In this document: piece after piece, positions 25,232 through 37,850 of the stretch
Layout: the number at the start of each line of letters is the position of its first letter
Position numbering within the stretch: position 1 is the first letter of the stretch
NCBI GenBank assembly: GCA_028534125.1
Contig: CM052816.1
Location: forward strand, 76,696,001-76,760,000
Length of the DNA: 64,000 bases
Reading direction: 5' to 3'
DNA from: Lama glama
Taxonomy: Eukaryota
Notes under the pieces: generated by a model
Seen by the model: only the letters and a program-made list of their open reading frames with translations
Told to the model about the DNA's origin: nothing
Databases searched by the model: none
Made by a program: the position numbers and the translations under genes

Positions 25232-25965
25232 GTGAGCTACCTACTTCTCTGTCAGCCGTCCCGACAGGTATTTCACTGTCATGTGGCCCCACAGAGTCCC
25301 TCAGAGGAACCCTTTTGCAACCCACCAATAGCCTTACTCTTGTGCTTTTTGCTTATCAGGAGTTGTGGAGGCTACTTAACCATTTACCTATGGAGTTAAC
25401 TGTTTACCTTAGCTCTTCCCAAGGGCTGGCCCAATGCTGCCCTCTTGTGACAAGTCTTAAAAAGGCTACCAAGAGCCATTGAAATTCAGTGGGTTGTGGC
25501 ACCTGGAGGGCTGTTTGTGTGATGATAAGGGCTCATTTTTTCATGAGTAGGTATATGTGGACGGCACTACCTGTCTAACTGGGAAAGTCAAAGTTTGCTT
25601 CAAAACGCAGCCAGAATTTGCATGCTAGATACACTGTATTAGCTCGTTAGTCTGCAGAGTGGTTTAAACTCTTGGGAGCCTCTATTTTGGTGTTGGCCTC
25701 GAGGCTTAATGAAGGTTTGCCATGTAGGTGCATTTCAGTGAGGGAATTCTGAATCTCTTCACTTGAAGTGAATATACTTGGCTTTCCCTTCCGAGAAGGG
25801 GTGGATCTGCCTGTAAGAATCATCGGGAGTCTTAGTATTTGGTGTTGATTTTTGTGCCATTGATGTCAATTTCAAAGTATGGAACTTAATTTCTAAGATA
25901 AGCCTGGAGAATTTGTGCATGTGTTTGAGGAGAGCTTGTCTGCTAACTCTTTTCTCACCTTCTAG

Positions 25966-26075
25966 AACTACCAAAGCCAGCTCCCAGACAAGGTGCCCTG
26001 CCAGTTACCAAATCTGCTGACAATGCATTTGAGAACCCTTTCTCTAAAGATTCTTTCCGTTCATCACAGGCCTCT
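25966..26075 (+). CDS. DAB2: DAB2 exon 13
   Basis: CCTTCTAG acceptor; (E)LPKPAPRQGALPVTKSADNAFENPFSKDSFRSSQAS; donor TCT|GTAAGT; 110 nt. Confidence 0.95.
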
Positions 26076-26179
26076 GTAAGTATCAATTACTAGAAGCTGT
26101 TGCTTCAAAGTATGTGCCACACAGTGTTACTACCTCCTGAATTAACCTTGCTTGTATTTTGGACGGGAAAGGACACTTA

Positions 26180-26468
26180 TTTTTGTTTTTCTTTTTTTAA
26201 TTCTATTATCTTTTTTTTTTAGTTTTAATTCTTAATTTTTATTAAAGTGTAGTCGATTTACAATGTTAGTTTCAGTGTACAGCAAAGCGATTCAGTTTTA
26301 CATAGACATACATATATATATTTTCAGATTCTTTTCCATTACAGCTCATTACAAAAAATTGAATATAGTTCCCTGTGCTATGCAGTAGGTCCTTGTTGTT
26401 TATCTACTTTATATATAGTGATGTGTATCTGTTCATCCCAAACTCCTAATCTATCCCTCCCCCCCAGT
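26180..26468 (-). mobile_element. LINE-1 3'-end fragment
   Basis: T-rich tail, TTTACAATGTTAGTTTCAG...GTTCCCTGTGCTATGCAGTAGGTCCTTGTTG; TSD-like AAGGACACTT / AAGGACATTT. Confidence 0.8.
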
Positions 26469-26937
26469 TAAGGACATTTGAATAAGATTTATTATTGAGA
26501 ACCATCACAGTATGAACATCAACTCAAACTGGGGATATATTTTTTCGCAGGAATTACTCTCTTGAACTTGAGAAACAAATACCGTATAGAAAAAGTCCTT
26601 TATATCTCACTTAACTTAGCTCGTGAAAGCACTTTGCAAGAAATTGAGCCAAAATACTATCTTTAAAAATCTTTCAAAAATTTAAGTTCCTAATTTCCCA
26701 CTCATTATGATTTAGCTCATAAAAATAATATTTGGCATTTTGGGAAGACCAAGATAATTCTGAATTGTGGTTTTGATGTAATCATAAGCAGGCACGCACA
26801 AACCATCATAGACCCATACAATATCTGATTTGTCTGTGACCTAAGGGATTTTTAAAGGAACTTGAGAAGTCTTAATTATAGATGTTTTCTTATTATTGTA
26901 ATTATAGTTATTGACTAGATGGTTTTTATCTCCATAG

Positions 26938-27003
26938 GTGGCTTCCCCTCAACCTGCATCTTCTGATGTGTATCGGGATCCATTCGGAAATCCTTTCGCC
27001 TAG
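26938..27003 (+). CDS. DAB2: DAB2 last coding exon 14 (exon runs on to 27008)
   Basis: TCCATAG acceptor; VASPQPASSDVYRDPFGNPFA*; TAG 27001-27003, then CTTCT|GTAAGT; summed CDS 2310 nt = 769 aa + stop. Confidence 0.96.
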   Translation: MASPQPASSDVYRDPFGNPFA

Positions 27004-28940
27004 CTTCTGTAAGTAGAAGATCCCACTAAGCTTTGGTTTGGTGAGAAAGGGTGGCACAGAGGGTGAGGGTGGAATTTTAATTTTAGAATTGGGAAAAAGT
27101 CAAGTCTCTGTAATGGAGAAGTAAAAGATATAGAAATCTATACCTTAATTCAATAATGACTAGACTGGGCATTTATGAATAGAATTCTAATACATGTAAA
27201 AAATAGACATATACTTTTAGGAATATAGATTTCCATCCTGTGTTTTTGATATTTCACTTCTGTATGGAAGTAAGACTCAACATAACACATAACGGTTTTC
27301 TAGATTTTTGACCTTCATACTGAAGTGATTGCAAAGCTTCCTAGTAATTACTTGGTTTTCTGTAGAAGCTTGAAAATCTGAAGACCTTCTGAAGCCACCA
27401 AACAGGTCACCAGATACTGATCACAACACTTCTGCCTCCCAAATCAATGTGTATTTCTTTGTGAGGGGCCTCAAAGTTAGTCTGAAATAGCCTGTTGGTA
27501 TTAAACGCCAAAATGGTGGCAGCTACTGCTCTTTCCTGCAAAAGCAGCATAAGTTTAGGTGGGTCTGCTGTGGGTTTCATGCTAGGTGAATTACTGGGTG
27601 TTAAACCACCTTTGACTGAAACCCTGGAGTGCACGTGTGCACGTGTGGCAGAGGATGGGGGCCGGGTCTTTCTTTCTCAACAGTGAATGGAAGCAACTTT
27701 ATCTGATCTTGAAAGATTGACGTTACTGGAGGAGAGGAGGTTCACCTGCATTTTAGGGGAGGTAGGGCATAGCTGATGGGAGAACAACAGGAAAAATGAC
27801 AAGAACCCAAATCCATTTTTTTTCAGTCTTGCCTCATCCGAGTGAGACTACCAAACTATGTCTAGACCTATCTAGAATTTAAATTTTTAAATAGATAAAT
27901 ATCTTACATCGGACACCAACAATAAGATTTGAGTTTACTTGCAATTTGGATTACCCCCCCCCTTTATTTCTACAATTACTGTATTTCTTAAAGTGCTTGT
28001 CCATAAGAATCAGCTTCCGAGAACTAAGATTATTGAAAAGACAAATTCCTGGGCCCTGGTGCTAAGGAATCCCCTGAGGAAAGGCTGCATTTTAACAAGC
28101 ATCCAGAAGATTTCTAATGTTAACAAAGCAGTGACGCTACTGAAGGGCTGGAAGTCTTAATAGGGACTCACTCTTACCTCCTCTCCAGGGGAGGCACACA
28201 TGGACCAACAGAAAGGAGTAAACTACATTGAACGTCTGGGAGAATTGTTTGTGCTAAATTGAATTGACTGAGAGTTCTCTTTGGAGCCCCTTTACTCTTT
28301 AGGTCACGAAGAAAGGATAATTTTGGTCAACTTGTTACATTTATAGGTTGGGGAGTTGGGAGGAGAACTCTCACGGGAGGAGGTAGCTCACATGACTGAG
28401 TGTTACTGTGTTAATCATTTCGTTACAGGTTCTACGTGGGCTACCTTATTCAGTCCTCTCGCATCAGCCCTAGGAGATACTGTTACTGACATTTTAAATA
28501 ATGACTTGATATTTAATGCGTTGATGTTCTATCCCCAAATTCTAACCATGGGTTTTCCCCTTTCCCATACTTCCCTAGGAACTTGGCAAGCTGACTATCC
28601 AGAGGAACGAAAAGGTTGGCCTTAGTAGTGAAGGACAAAGCTAATAGGCAGAAAAGTCCTGACCTCTGCCCTTGTTCTAGCTTTAGCACATTATTATCTG
28701 TTGCCTTATGTCTCGCTGCCTCTTCAGCTTGTAAAAAGCCTTTCACTCTCTGTTGAGCTAAACTGAATCGATGGCTTTAAGTAAATTAAGAACCTAAACT
28801 CTTTAGCTTAAATGTAAATGAAGTAGTTTCCCTACTTGAACCCTTGCCTACTCTGCCCCTGGAACCTTCGAGAACACTTGACCATGTATCCCCTGGTTGG
28901 CCAGTGCAACCATCACAACCCCTCAGATCATACTGTTTTG

Positions 28941-28946
28941 AATAAA
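28941..28946 (+). terminator. Candidate proximal poly(A) signal of DAB2
   Basis: AATAAA followed about 25-40 nt later by GT/T-rich sequence (GTGTTTGGGGGTTCTGTTTT). Confidence 0.65.
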
Positions 28947-29865
28947 TTTTAAAATCCTTACTGTTCAAAGTGTTTGGGGGTTCTGTTTTAGAGCTTAAAC
29001 CTAAAGATTGTAATCTAACAAGGCATTTTCTTAAATCCTGCTTCAGACTGTCACTTACAGAGAATTTTTAAAGTAAAATGGAAGCAAGTCCAGCTTCTCC
29101 TTAGACATTTTGGAGCCTGACACACCTAAGAACCTTTTTTTAAGGTATAAGTTCTCTTTCTGAAGATTATTTTGCTCTCCAGGATGAGTGTCCTTTCTCC
29201 CAATCTCTTGCTGGCTATTGCAAATGAGGGAAAAATCATTTTTCACCTGTCCCCTTCTTTTCCCTTTGATTCTCTTTTCAGTCATTTTGGCTCCTGGATT
29301 CATACAGCATTACCTCTCCATCACAAACAACAGAGTTTTGTTGGGGGGAGGGGACCAAAATCTAATGATTCACAGATCTGAAGCCTGTCTGCCTTCCCAG
29401 TAATGTCTAATCCCAGTAACTAGAACTGCAAAAGGGCACAACCTTTATCCTTTCTATGGAATAGGAGGCCATCCTCTTGAGCTGAAGTTCCAGAAGAGCA
29501 GTTAACGTTGAAGGAAAATTCAACTCAACTCAGCAATGAAGGACTGTATTCCGAAGAGCAACATCTCACAAAGTTAAATGTGGTTGTGCCAAATATATTA
29601 GGTGCTTATTCGGGGTCATGCCAGAACTTTATCATTAACTGGAAAACTTTCTTGAAGCCACAATCTCATAGCTAGTAGGAATATAAATGGGAGGGGGAAA
29701 AAAAAGCAGTAGAACAAGTACTTGGTGTTATCATTAAAAATCTAGTGTCTGCAATATTTTTCTCCTCATAACCTTGGAAAATTTCCCAGTTCACTTTCAG
29801 TCCTAATGCTGGCACAGTTCTGAAGAGTTTGTTCTTGCTGTAATGAGTTTTGTTTTATATTGGGT

Positions 29866-29978
29866 TGTTTTTTTGTTGTTGTTCTTGTTGTTTGGTAAAT
29901 GGAGGTACTGGGGACTGAACCCAGGACCTCAAGCATGCTAAATGCATGCTCTACCACTGAGCTGCACCTCCCCTCCCC
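29866..29978 (-). mobile_element. Antisense vic-1-type SINE inside the DAB2 3'UTR
   Basis: GGAGGTACTGGGGACTGAACCCAGGACCTC...CTCTACCACTGAGCTGCACCTCCCCTCCCC is the reverse complement of the SINE head. Confidence 0.88.
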
Positions 29979-30429
29979 ATGTTGGGTTTTTAAATGCTGT
30001 CTCTTGACCCCTGGTGCTCAGGTTCTTGTGGGTGTTAATCAACCACATACGATGTTATCTTTCGGTAGAAGAAGAGGATGACTGCTCAGGACCTAAACAA
30101 GATGGTGGCCTCATGAAACTCCATTGATTAGCCCCAAGTAGTCCCAGCTGAAGTCCTGTGGTTTTATGTTTAATGGTAATAGCTGATCATGTACAAAATC
30201 ATTTTCCATCTGACTTCCTACTCAGCCTTTATAAACACAGACTTGAAATAATATTTTGTATGTCTAAATACCCAAGTGTGCTAAACTGGAGGCAATTATT
30301 TCTACATAGCTGAATTTTTGAAAGTAGAAAAATTTTGGAAGTGATGACCAGCCACACGATTGTTTTGTACATACTTATTTTCCTGTGCGCTTTTCTGTAT
30401 GCGAAGAAAGCTATAAATTTACTTATTTC

Positions 30430-30435
30430 AATAAA
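30430..30435 (+). terminator. Candidate distal poly(A) signal of DAB2
   Basis: AATAAA preceded by TGTA elements and T-rich sequence. Confidence 0.65.
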
Positions 30436-33400
30436 CTGGAATGGCAGAATCTCACGTGTCACCATCAGTTTATTTGAACACTGCTTTGAATTGGTGGATT
30501 AGGGTCAAGGTATAAAGTGTATCAGTGTAAGGGGAGCAAATGTTAGATATAATACATTCTGGATTGTCACAAAAATGAGAAAGTGAAAATCCATCAAATG
30601 GGACCACGAGTAAATCACCATCTGATGTCCTTCAAGCCTTTATTATTTTCCTTTCTCAGACCTTACATACTCCCTTTCTGAGAGTTTAATGGGACCCCAG
30701 TGAACAACACTTTACCAGAACAACCTCAGTTATGTCTAGTACAAAAATCATTAGTGAACCGTTGGCTCATGCCTTTTGCTTCCTCTTATTCTTAATTCAA
30801 CCGTGTTTGATTTCATCAAAACACACCTGTGTGGACTGGTCCAGGCTGGTGTAGGCTACTCAAGAGAGCTTCAGAGTGAGGTGGTCAAGCTGGCGATCAA
30901 ATGTCTACAGCACAGGACACTGCTAAACACTCTCCTCTATTAAAAAAGGTTCAAGGCTCTCATTCATTTCAAGAAGACTTAGAGCTATGGAAAGCTGACC
31001 CCACGGCAGACATTGCTTGAGTATAGAAGCCGTGGTGTTAAAGTTGATTTCTGTAGGAATCAGATGAACTTGACAGGGTAGGTGTCAGTGGTTGGCATTT
31101 ACTGTTATATTTGATATTACTGCCATACCTCTCCCCTTAACTGAAATATTTGATCTCTTTTTGACAAGAATGAGTAGAGTATAGAGAAATAGACTCCACA
31201 CGTGACCAGCTTCCAGTAAGCCACAGATGAGCTGGGAAAGGCTGCTGATAAGAACATGTTGCGCAAATTATCTGGCTTCTCCGGATGCTCTGTAGCGTGT
31301 CTAACCCCCTGAGCCTCTGTGATATTCCACGTGGCTTAAGCAAGAACTTGCCGAGGTTAACCCTTGCTCGTGCGTACGAGGGGATGGCATTGACTTCAGT
31401 GCAGTAGGAACTACTGTTGACCAAGCAGAGGAAGGTGCTTACTGAAGTGTCCCTGCAAGCTGGAAACAGACCTCCTCTCCATAGTCTCTTAGTAGCAGTG
31501 GTGTTCACACCTCTAAGCCAGAAGTTCGGCTTTTATGGTAACCCTGTTATCCCCAGAAGAGGGTTTCATTTAGGTGTCACATAAAGCTAAACTAAAAGAT
31601 GAATTTAGCAGCCAGTGTGCCCCCAAACTTCTCACATACAGGCAAGACAAAGGGAGAAGGTATTCATGTTCTCGAGATAATCTTGCATTTGCCAAGTGCT
31701 TTACCACTTACACAACATAACTTCATTCTGTGGATACTGTAATCCTGCCAGGTGGGATCAGTTACTGTTCCAGCTCATCTGAGACCAACATCCATGCTTT
31801 CCAATGGCTACAGTCTGCTCCAACTCCTTAAGTGAATGGTTTCTGTGGTATTTTATTGTAAAACTGTGTATCGCGGTAGGGAGATCTTTTCATTCAGTGA
31901 TTTCAAACTCCTCCATCAAAATGTTAACTGTGGTGTCTAGAGAGCCAAAGAGAAGGTGATTCCTGTGCTGAAAGCGGGCAGGGGAAAGAACAGAGGATGC
32001 AGCTAACTCAGGAGTTTGGCTGACCCTGCAGCAAGCTGGTGAGTGGAACCTCTGACCCTTATTCCTGGAATAGGTTCAATATAAGGTCTCCTGGTGAAAG
32101 ATAGGAGTGCCCCAACAGTCCCTGGTAAATATTTAAGCTATTATAACCATTGGAGGAGATTGCTAAATAATAAAAGTCCTAAATTCCTGCTGGGAAATGT
32201 TATGTTTTAACTAACTTCCTTCTATTGAAAACAACTAAGACTCACGTTCTAAGCTGATATGCTGAACATGGACACACACAGGCGGTGTGGTGGCGGCAGC
32301 CCTGATACCGTGTCCTAATTACAGCCACGCTGATGGACAAGGCTCAGCCGTGTGGCATCTTACTTAACGAGGGACCAAGCCCCTCTTTTTCCCTGGCTTC
32401 TCTGAAAGCATGTGCTTAATTACTAGACCTCTACTATATGCTGAAATCATACAAGTGCCAATCTCCAGGGTTATGACAATGTGGGCTATTCAGTGGCAAA
32501 GAAACTGGGCTTCTGCAGGGACCAAAGATAAAGCAGTTATAAAAGGAGGGGGAAAAAAAACCCCTGTGAAAGTCCTCATGACTATATTTTCCTTATGATG
32601 TTAGCTGTGGAGTTCTCTCTCAATTTATTTGTCATTTTCTTGACTTCTTACTATTATTTTACCTTAATTGTAAGAAAGGGAAATTATTGCTGTTGCAAAA
32701 GTTACAGGTGACCAGACTGGGCTGACACCGGGTTTCGGATGTCTCTGGGGGTATGTATGAGGCCACCGCCACCAGGTACCAACTTACACTGATTAATCAT
32801 CACATATCTTTTTGTTTGGGGGCTGCTAAGAGGAGCGTTGGAACACAGGGGAACACAGGAGCTAGCAGAGAGAGACAAAGAAGAGAACAGAAGGGTTAAT
32901 GAGACATGTACCTCCCTGCCTCCCTCACTGGCTCACGAGACTGGTTAAGCGCCTTGATGGTGGAAATGATAGGGCTGCAAGCAGGAAGAATTGTCTTCTT
33001 TTGATGAAAGACCTTGGGCACAGGCAGTTCATAGCACACATGTCCATTAGTAATGAATGGACAACAGCAACGGAAAGGCTAACCGTGGCTAAAATTAGCA
33101 GGAGGGTATTTTTCTCACATAAAATTCTAGATTGATGGCTGCTGCTGTTGGCTCAGCAGTTCAACAAGACCCTCAAGGACACAAACTCTTAGGTTTTCAC
33201 TCCAACTTTTGCAGCCTTTGGCTTTCTGTTCTTATGTTTATTTCCTAATGGTCACAAGATGGCTGCATAGCTCCAAATGCAATGTTACTGTTCAAAGAGT
33301 GCAGAAAGGGAAAGGCAGTGCAATCAACGTCTGTTCCTCGTACCAGGAATTTCAGTTTTCCCCAAGACTTTCCAGTAGATTTCAGCTATGTCTTAATGGA

Positions 33401-35078
33401 CAGAATGTGGTCACGTGGGCCACTGCTAGGTGCAAGGGAGGCTGGAAAATCAAGCTTTTAGGATTCCCAGCTTCTACAGTAAAGGTAGTTAAGGAAGAGG
33501 CAGGGCTGGCTACCCCATCTGTGGGGCCCAGGGGGAAATAAAAACAGAGGAATGCATTGTTCACAAAGCAGGAAAAAAGCAGGAAAAAGTGTCATTAAAG
33601 GCAATAAAATATAAAGGTATTTCCTTTCTTCTGGAATCTCTCTCTTAACATAATGTATTTTATTTGCCATTTAATGTTGTTCTAAGTAAAGAAAAATTAA
33701 AATTTTAAAGCATTAGCATGAGCTTTACCTTTAATCTTTAATTCATATGTGGAATCATTGAAATCACAGTTTATATTTCATAACTCATACGCATGTGTAT
33801 TTGCATGTATTTCATTCTTACCAGAACAGTTAGAAACACTGCACAAAACTAACTCAACTGGTTTTAATTCACTTCTTGACGCATATATATTTTACCAGCA
33901 CTGCTCACTAATGAGAAAAGAAGGACGGGGGAAGAAAGAAACTATGAGTAGTTCTATCTTTTTCTTTCCTTCTGTGTCATTATTTTCAGCATTACATGGA
34001 TGGTAATGCAGGGCAGGGACACTAGTAAGAAAGATGTGATCATGTTTCTTGGTTTATTTGAGGAGGGATTTTTATGTGCTGGAAGCAAGTTCTGGTTCAG
34101 AGAGTGTGACCCCTCAGGGCTGTCAGTGTCCCCCATCCCCTGTCCCACCTCACCACCCCCAGCTAACTCAGTCTTAGACATAACACCCTTACCTTATACT
34201 CACTTTTGCCTTGAGGCACTGAATTACCACACTTCATAAATCTACCTGAATTCCATGTTCACGGAGCAACAGAAACACTACATGCGGATGGGGTGGCATG
34301 GAAGGGGTGACACATAGTACGAATTTGGTCTGCTCCTGCACATGCTCCACTTCCCCATCAAACTTTGCTTTCAAAATAAAAGTCCAAGCATATAATTCAG
34401 AATTTCAAAATGGCAACAGCAGAGCATTAAACCAAATGCGGGGCCCTTCTGAACACTGAGCCCGGAGCTACTTCAGTCCTGGCAGGAAGGCCTTGGAAAT
34501 GGGTGAGGAATTAGCTAATGTGTCTTCCACATGCCTGGGGCATAGTTTAACCCCAAATGGGCCGACCTCCAAATGCAGATCACAGCAGTCTTTGACTCAT
34601 CACACCCTCAGGGCAGAAGAGAAGCACCCAGGGAGAGCACAGTCAGCAGAGCTCAGGATAAGGCCTCAGGGCTAGAAGGTAGAAGCTAAGGGATGCAGAG
34701 GACTGGTTCCTGTGTCTTAGAACCAGGAGGGTTACCAGAAGAAATAAAAGGTGGGAGGGGAGGGGCGCTGAAGGCCAAGCACTGCGCAGGAGGCTTTACT
34801 GTTAACACAACCTTGAACCCGGAGGCATGTGCTATTTCAGTTGAAAGGATGCTGAGCAGAGGACTGTAAAACTCCTGAGGAATTACTTGCTAAAGGGCTT
34901 TGCAAGTCTTCATTTTACTTCATTGCAAGCACAACACTGCCAGCTTTGAACAGGAAGAGTAGTGGATTCAGGGATGGTCCATAGGAGTCTGAATAATCCC
35001 AGCAAAGACCTACCCAGCATTTACCGTGGCAGACACTCTTCTGAGAGTGTAAAAATCAACACTTCAAGTTCCATATTA

Positions 35079-35214
35079 AGGAAGCAGGGTATAGCTCAGT
35101 GGTGGAGTGCATGCTTAGCACGCACGAGGTCCTGGGTTCAATCCCCAGTGCCTCCATTAAAAATAAATAAATAAATAAACCTAATTACCTCCCCTCTTCC
35201 AAAACAAAAATAAA
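35079..35214 (+). mobile_element. vic-1-type SINE
   Basis: A/B boxes, AAATAAACCTAATTACCTCCCC tail; TSD TTCCATATT at 35069-35077 and 35215-35223. Confidence 0.9.
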
Positions 35215-35825
35215 TTCCATATTCACTCTATGAAGTGGGCTACTACGACACTGACAGTTTTTAGGGGAGGACACAGAGGCACAATGCCCTTGAGTAGCTA
35301 TCCAAAGTCACAGAGCTGGTAAGCGACAGGAGTGGAATCCCAACCCAGGCTCCAGTGTCCTTGCACTGAACCTCAAGTTGACCACTTTCTCCCTCCACTG
35401 CCCCCCAAAACTGGTACCGTTGCCTCTACGCTGGCATATCTGATGTTCACCGAGACTGTATTCTCTTCACAGCACTTCTCTCCTCATGCATTCTATAACC
35501 GATGTGCCTACCACAAAACTGAACGGAAAAACACCTTTCACCCATTTTTCATTAGGCAAGTTGATCTTCCTTTGGCCTTTCCAGAACTCAATTTCAGGAT
35601 GAATTAAGTATCACTTCAAAGCTTGAATTTTTCTAGTTGTTACAAATGCAACACACCAATTTAACCTCATGCTCCGTTCTTCTAATTCAAGTACTTCCTA
35701 TCAGCATGTTTAAGTGCTTTTAATGTAAGCCTCAGGCTGCTCACAGCAAATATGAGTTGTCAGTGGTAGTCTCCCAATTGCTTCTACATTGGGTTTTTTT
35801 TTTTAATTCAAAGAATGACATTTCT

Positions 35826-36080
35826 TTATTATTATTGTTATTATTATTATTATTATTATTGAAGTATAATCAGTTTATAATGTTGTGTTAATTTCTGGTG
35901 TACAGCATAGTGATTCACTTATAAATATATATATATTCCTTTTCATATTCTTTTCCATTATAGGCTATTACAAGATATTGAATGTAGTTCCCTGTGCTAT
36001 ATGGTAGCACCTTGTTGTTTATCTATTTTCTGTATGGTAGTGCGTTTCTGCTAATTCCGAAATCCCAGTTTGTCCCTCCA
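35826..36080 (-). mobile_element. LINE-1 3'-end fragment with (TTA)n tail
   Basis: (TTA)n then GAAGTATAATCAGTTTATAATGTTGTG...TTCCCTGTGCTATATG. Confidence 0.8.
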
Positions 36081-37701
36081 TCTGCCATCTTCTATGTTGT
36101 TAATAGCAAACTCTCCTGCATCCGGTGCATGATCCACAGTCAGTGAGGAAAGCGCTTCATACAAGCACATTCTAAAAACCATAATACTGTTGTACAGTTT
36201 TGTCAAAATCTAACATCCTAGTGAACTGGATCAAAACCGATGACACACAGTGTATTTTTACACCGTGCTTTCTCATTCTCTCCTCCTCAGTTCTTCAGGG
36301 TTTAAAAAAGCCATCAGACTCTTTACATCTTTTACGTTGACAATCACAAACCCTAGAACACAGAGACTAGAAACTAACAATGTAAAGCAGAGAGACTCCT
36401 TGCAGCCCATCAGCAGTACACATAAAACCCCAAGACAAAGAAAAGCTCAAATCAGTAGAGGAAAAAAAAATAGAGATGATGTTGGAACAGAAACAGGATT
36501 AAGATTCTAACTTAAATCCTCTATAGTTATCGCCTGGCCTTGTCCCCAGAGAAGGAGGATTAGTAGAACGTGTCTGGAGAAGACAAATGTACCTCTGAAA
36601 CAAGGTCAGCATTTTGCTTACACTACACTCAGGTGCAGAAAGAAAATGTATCCACGTTCTTTTTTCTTTTTTCTCTTTCTTTTTTTTTGCAGCAAATCTT
36701 ATCTTTCTTACAAGACTCCATCCTGCTGGACCCGGATGCCAACATCCAGTCGGGTCCTGGAACCTCAATCTAGACATTAGGAATCCCTCTTTAGGTAACA
36801 CTGTCTCTTTCAGATATGAGCACAGTGTTTCAGACTTCTTCCCCCTCTTCCTGATCTTCTCCACAATGATGATAATTTTATGTGAGATGTGGAGGGGGTG
36901 TGGAGAAGGGGCTTAGATTCTCTGACAGGTCCTTACACAGTCTTCTGGTTCTTCCAGTATTTACAGCATCTATCTCTCCCACCTGGACCCTACCTTTTGG
37001 CATCTGTAGCTAAAACTTTTGGCTGAAGAATGGAGGATCTGCTCCTCTCCATGTGGTTGGGGGACTACCAGGCCTGGTGGTTCTCCCTGCTGCCTAGGCC
37101 CCCACCTCGGCCCTCACTAAAACTAGACTCCTGAGGTCAGACTGTACGTGCGTCTCCATCCCTGCCCTCTGCTCTAGACCCACTTTGTCCTTGACGTAGC
37201 AAGCCTGCCAGCTACCCTCGTCAGAACAGAGGGAGACAGATATCCTCTGTGACACATGACAGCCAAAGAAACCATGGAAGTCAGAATCAATACTTCCTTC
37301 TCTGCCCAAACACACAGCACAAACACTTTTATTCTGATTTGGCGTTCCCTAAACTGGAGAAGTCTGGAAGTTGTTCCCCCCAGAGTCCCAGAAGGCAAAG
37401 ACAGAAACATCTGTCTTTGACCTCAGTCTACTTAACACGCTGGCCTCATTCTGGAATTTGGCCTGAAAAAGTTACTCAGAACACACATCTCCGAGCCTGC
37501 CTCTCCCCTCTCCAGTCCTCTCCTTCTTCCAACTTCTCTGAGCCCGAAAAGAGGTCTTTTCACATTCTCTGTAACCTGTGCAGTCCCCGCTGCTTTGAGA
37601 TTCCCAGGTGACCAATTGCTTCTTTATTTCACCATCTTCCCTGGGCATTAAGCCTCAGGCTTCAGCCTTGAAATTGCAAAGTGTCAAGAAAATACTTTAA
37701 G

Positions 37702-37850
37702 TGGGGAGAATATAACTCAGTGGTAGAGCGTGTGCTTAGCATGCACAATGTCCTGGGTTCAATCCCCAGTACCTCCACTAAAAAATAATAAAAATAACAA
37801 TCAATCAATAAATAAACCTAGTTGTCCTCCACCCAAAAAGAAAAAAAAAA
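37702..37850 (+). mobile_element. vic-1-type SINE
   Basis: TGGGGAGAATATAACTCAGTGGTAGAGCG...GGGTTCAATCCCCAGTACCTCC plus A-rich tail. Confidence 0.88.

Larger units (their letters stand above)
28579..30455 (+). other. DAB2: DAB2 terminal non-coding 3'UTR exon (3' end approximate)
   Basis: Pyrimidine tract plus TTCCCTAG acceptor; GAACTTGG...ATCCAGAGGAACGAAAAGGTTGGCCTTAGTAG resembles the recalled DAB2 3'UTR; AATAAA at 28941 and 30430. Confidence 0.8.

Noticed and set aside
25232..25482. Extension of the 292-aa ORF past DAB2 exon 12 as a novel C-terminus
   Set aside because: A strong donor GTGAGC sits at 25232 and DAB2 homology resumes in exon 13; the extension is intron read-through with no recognisable features.
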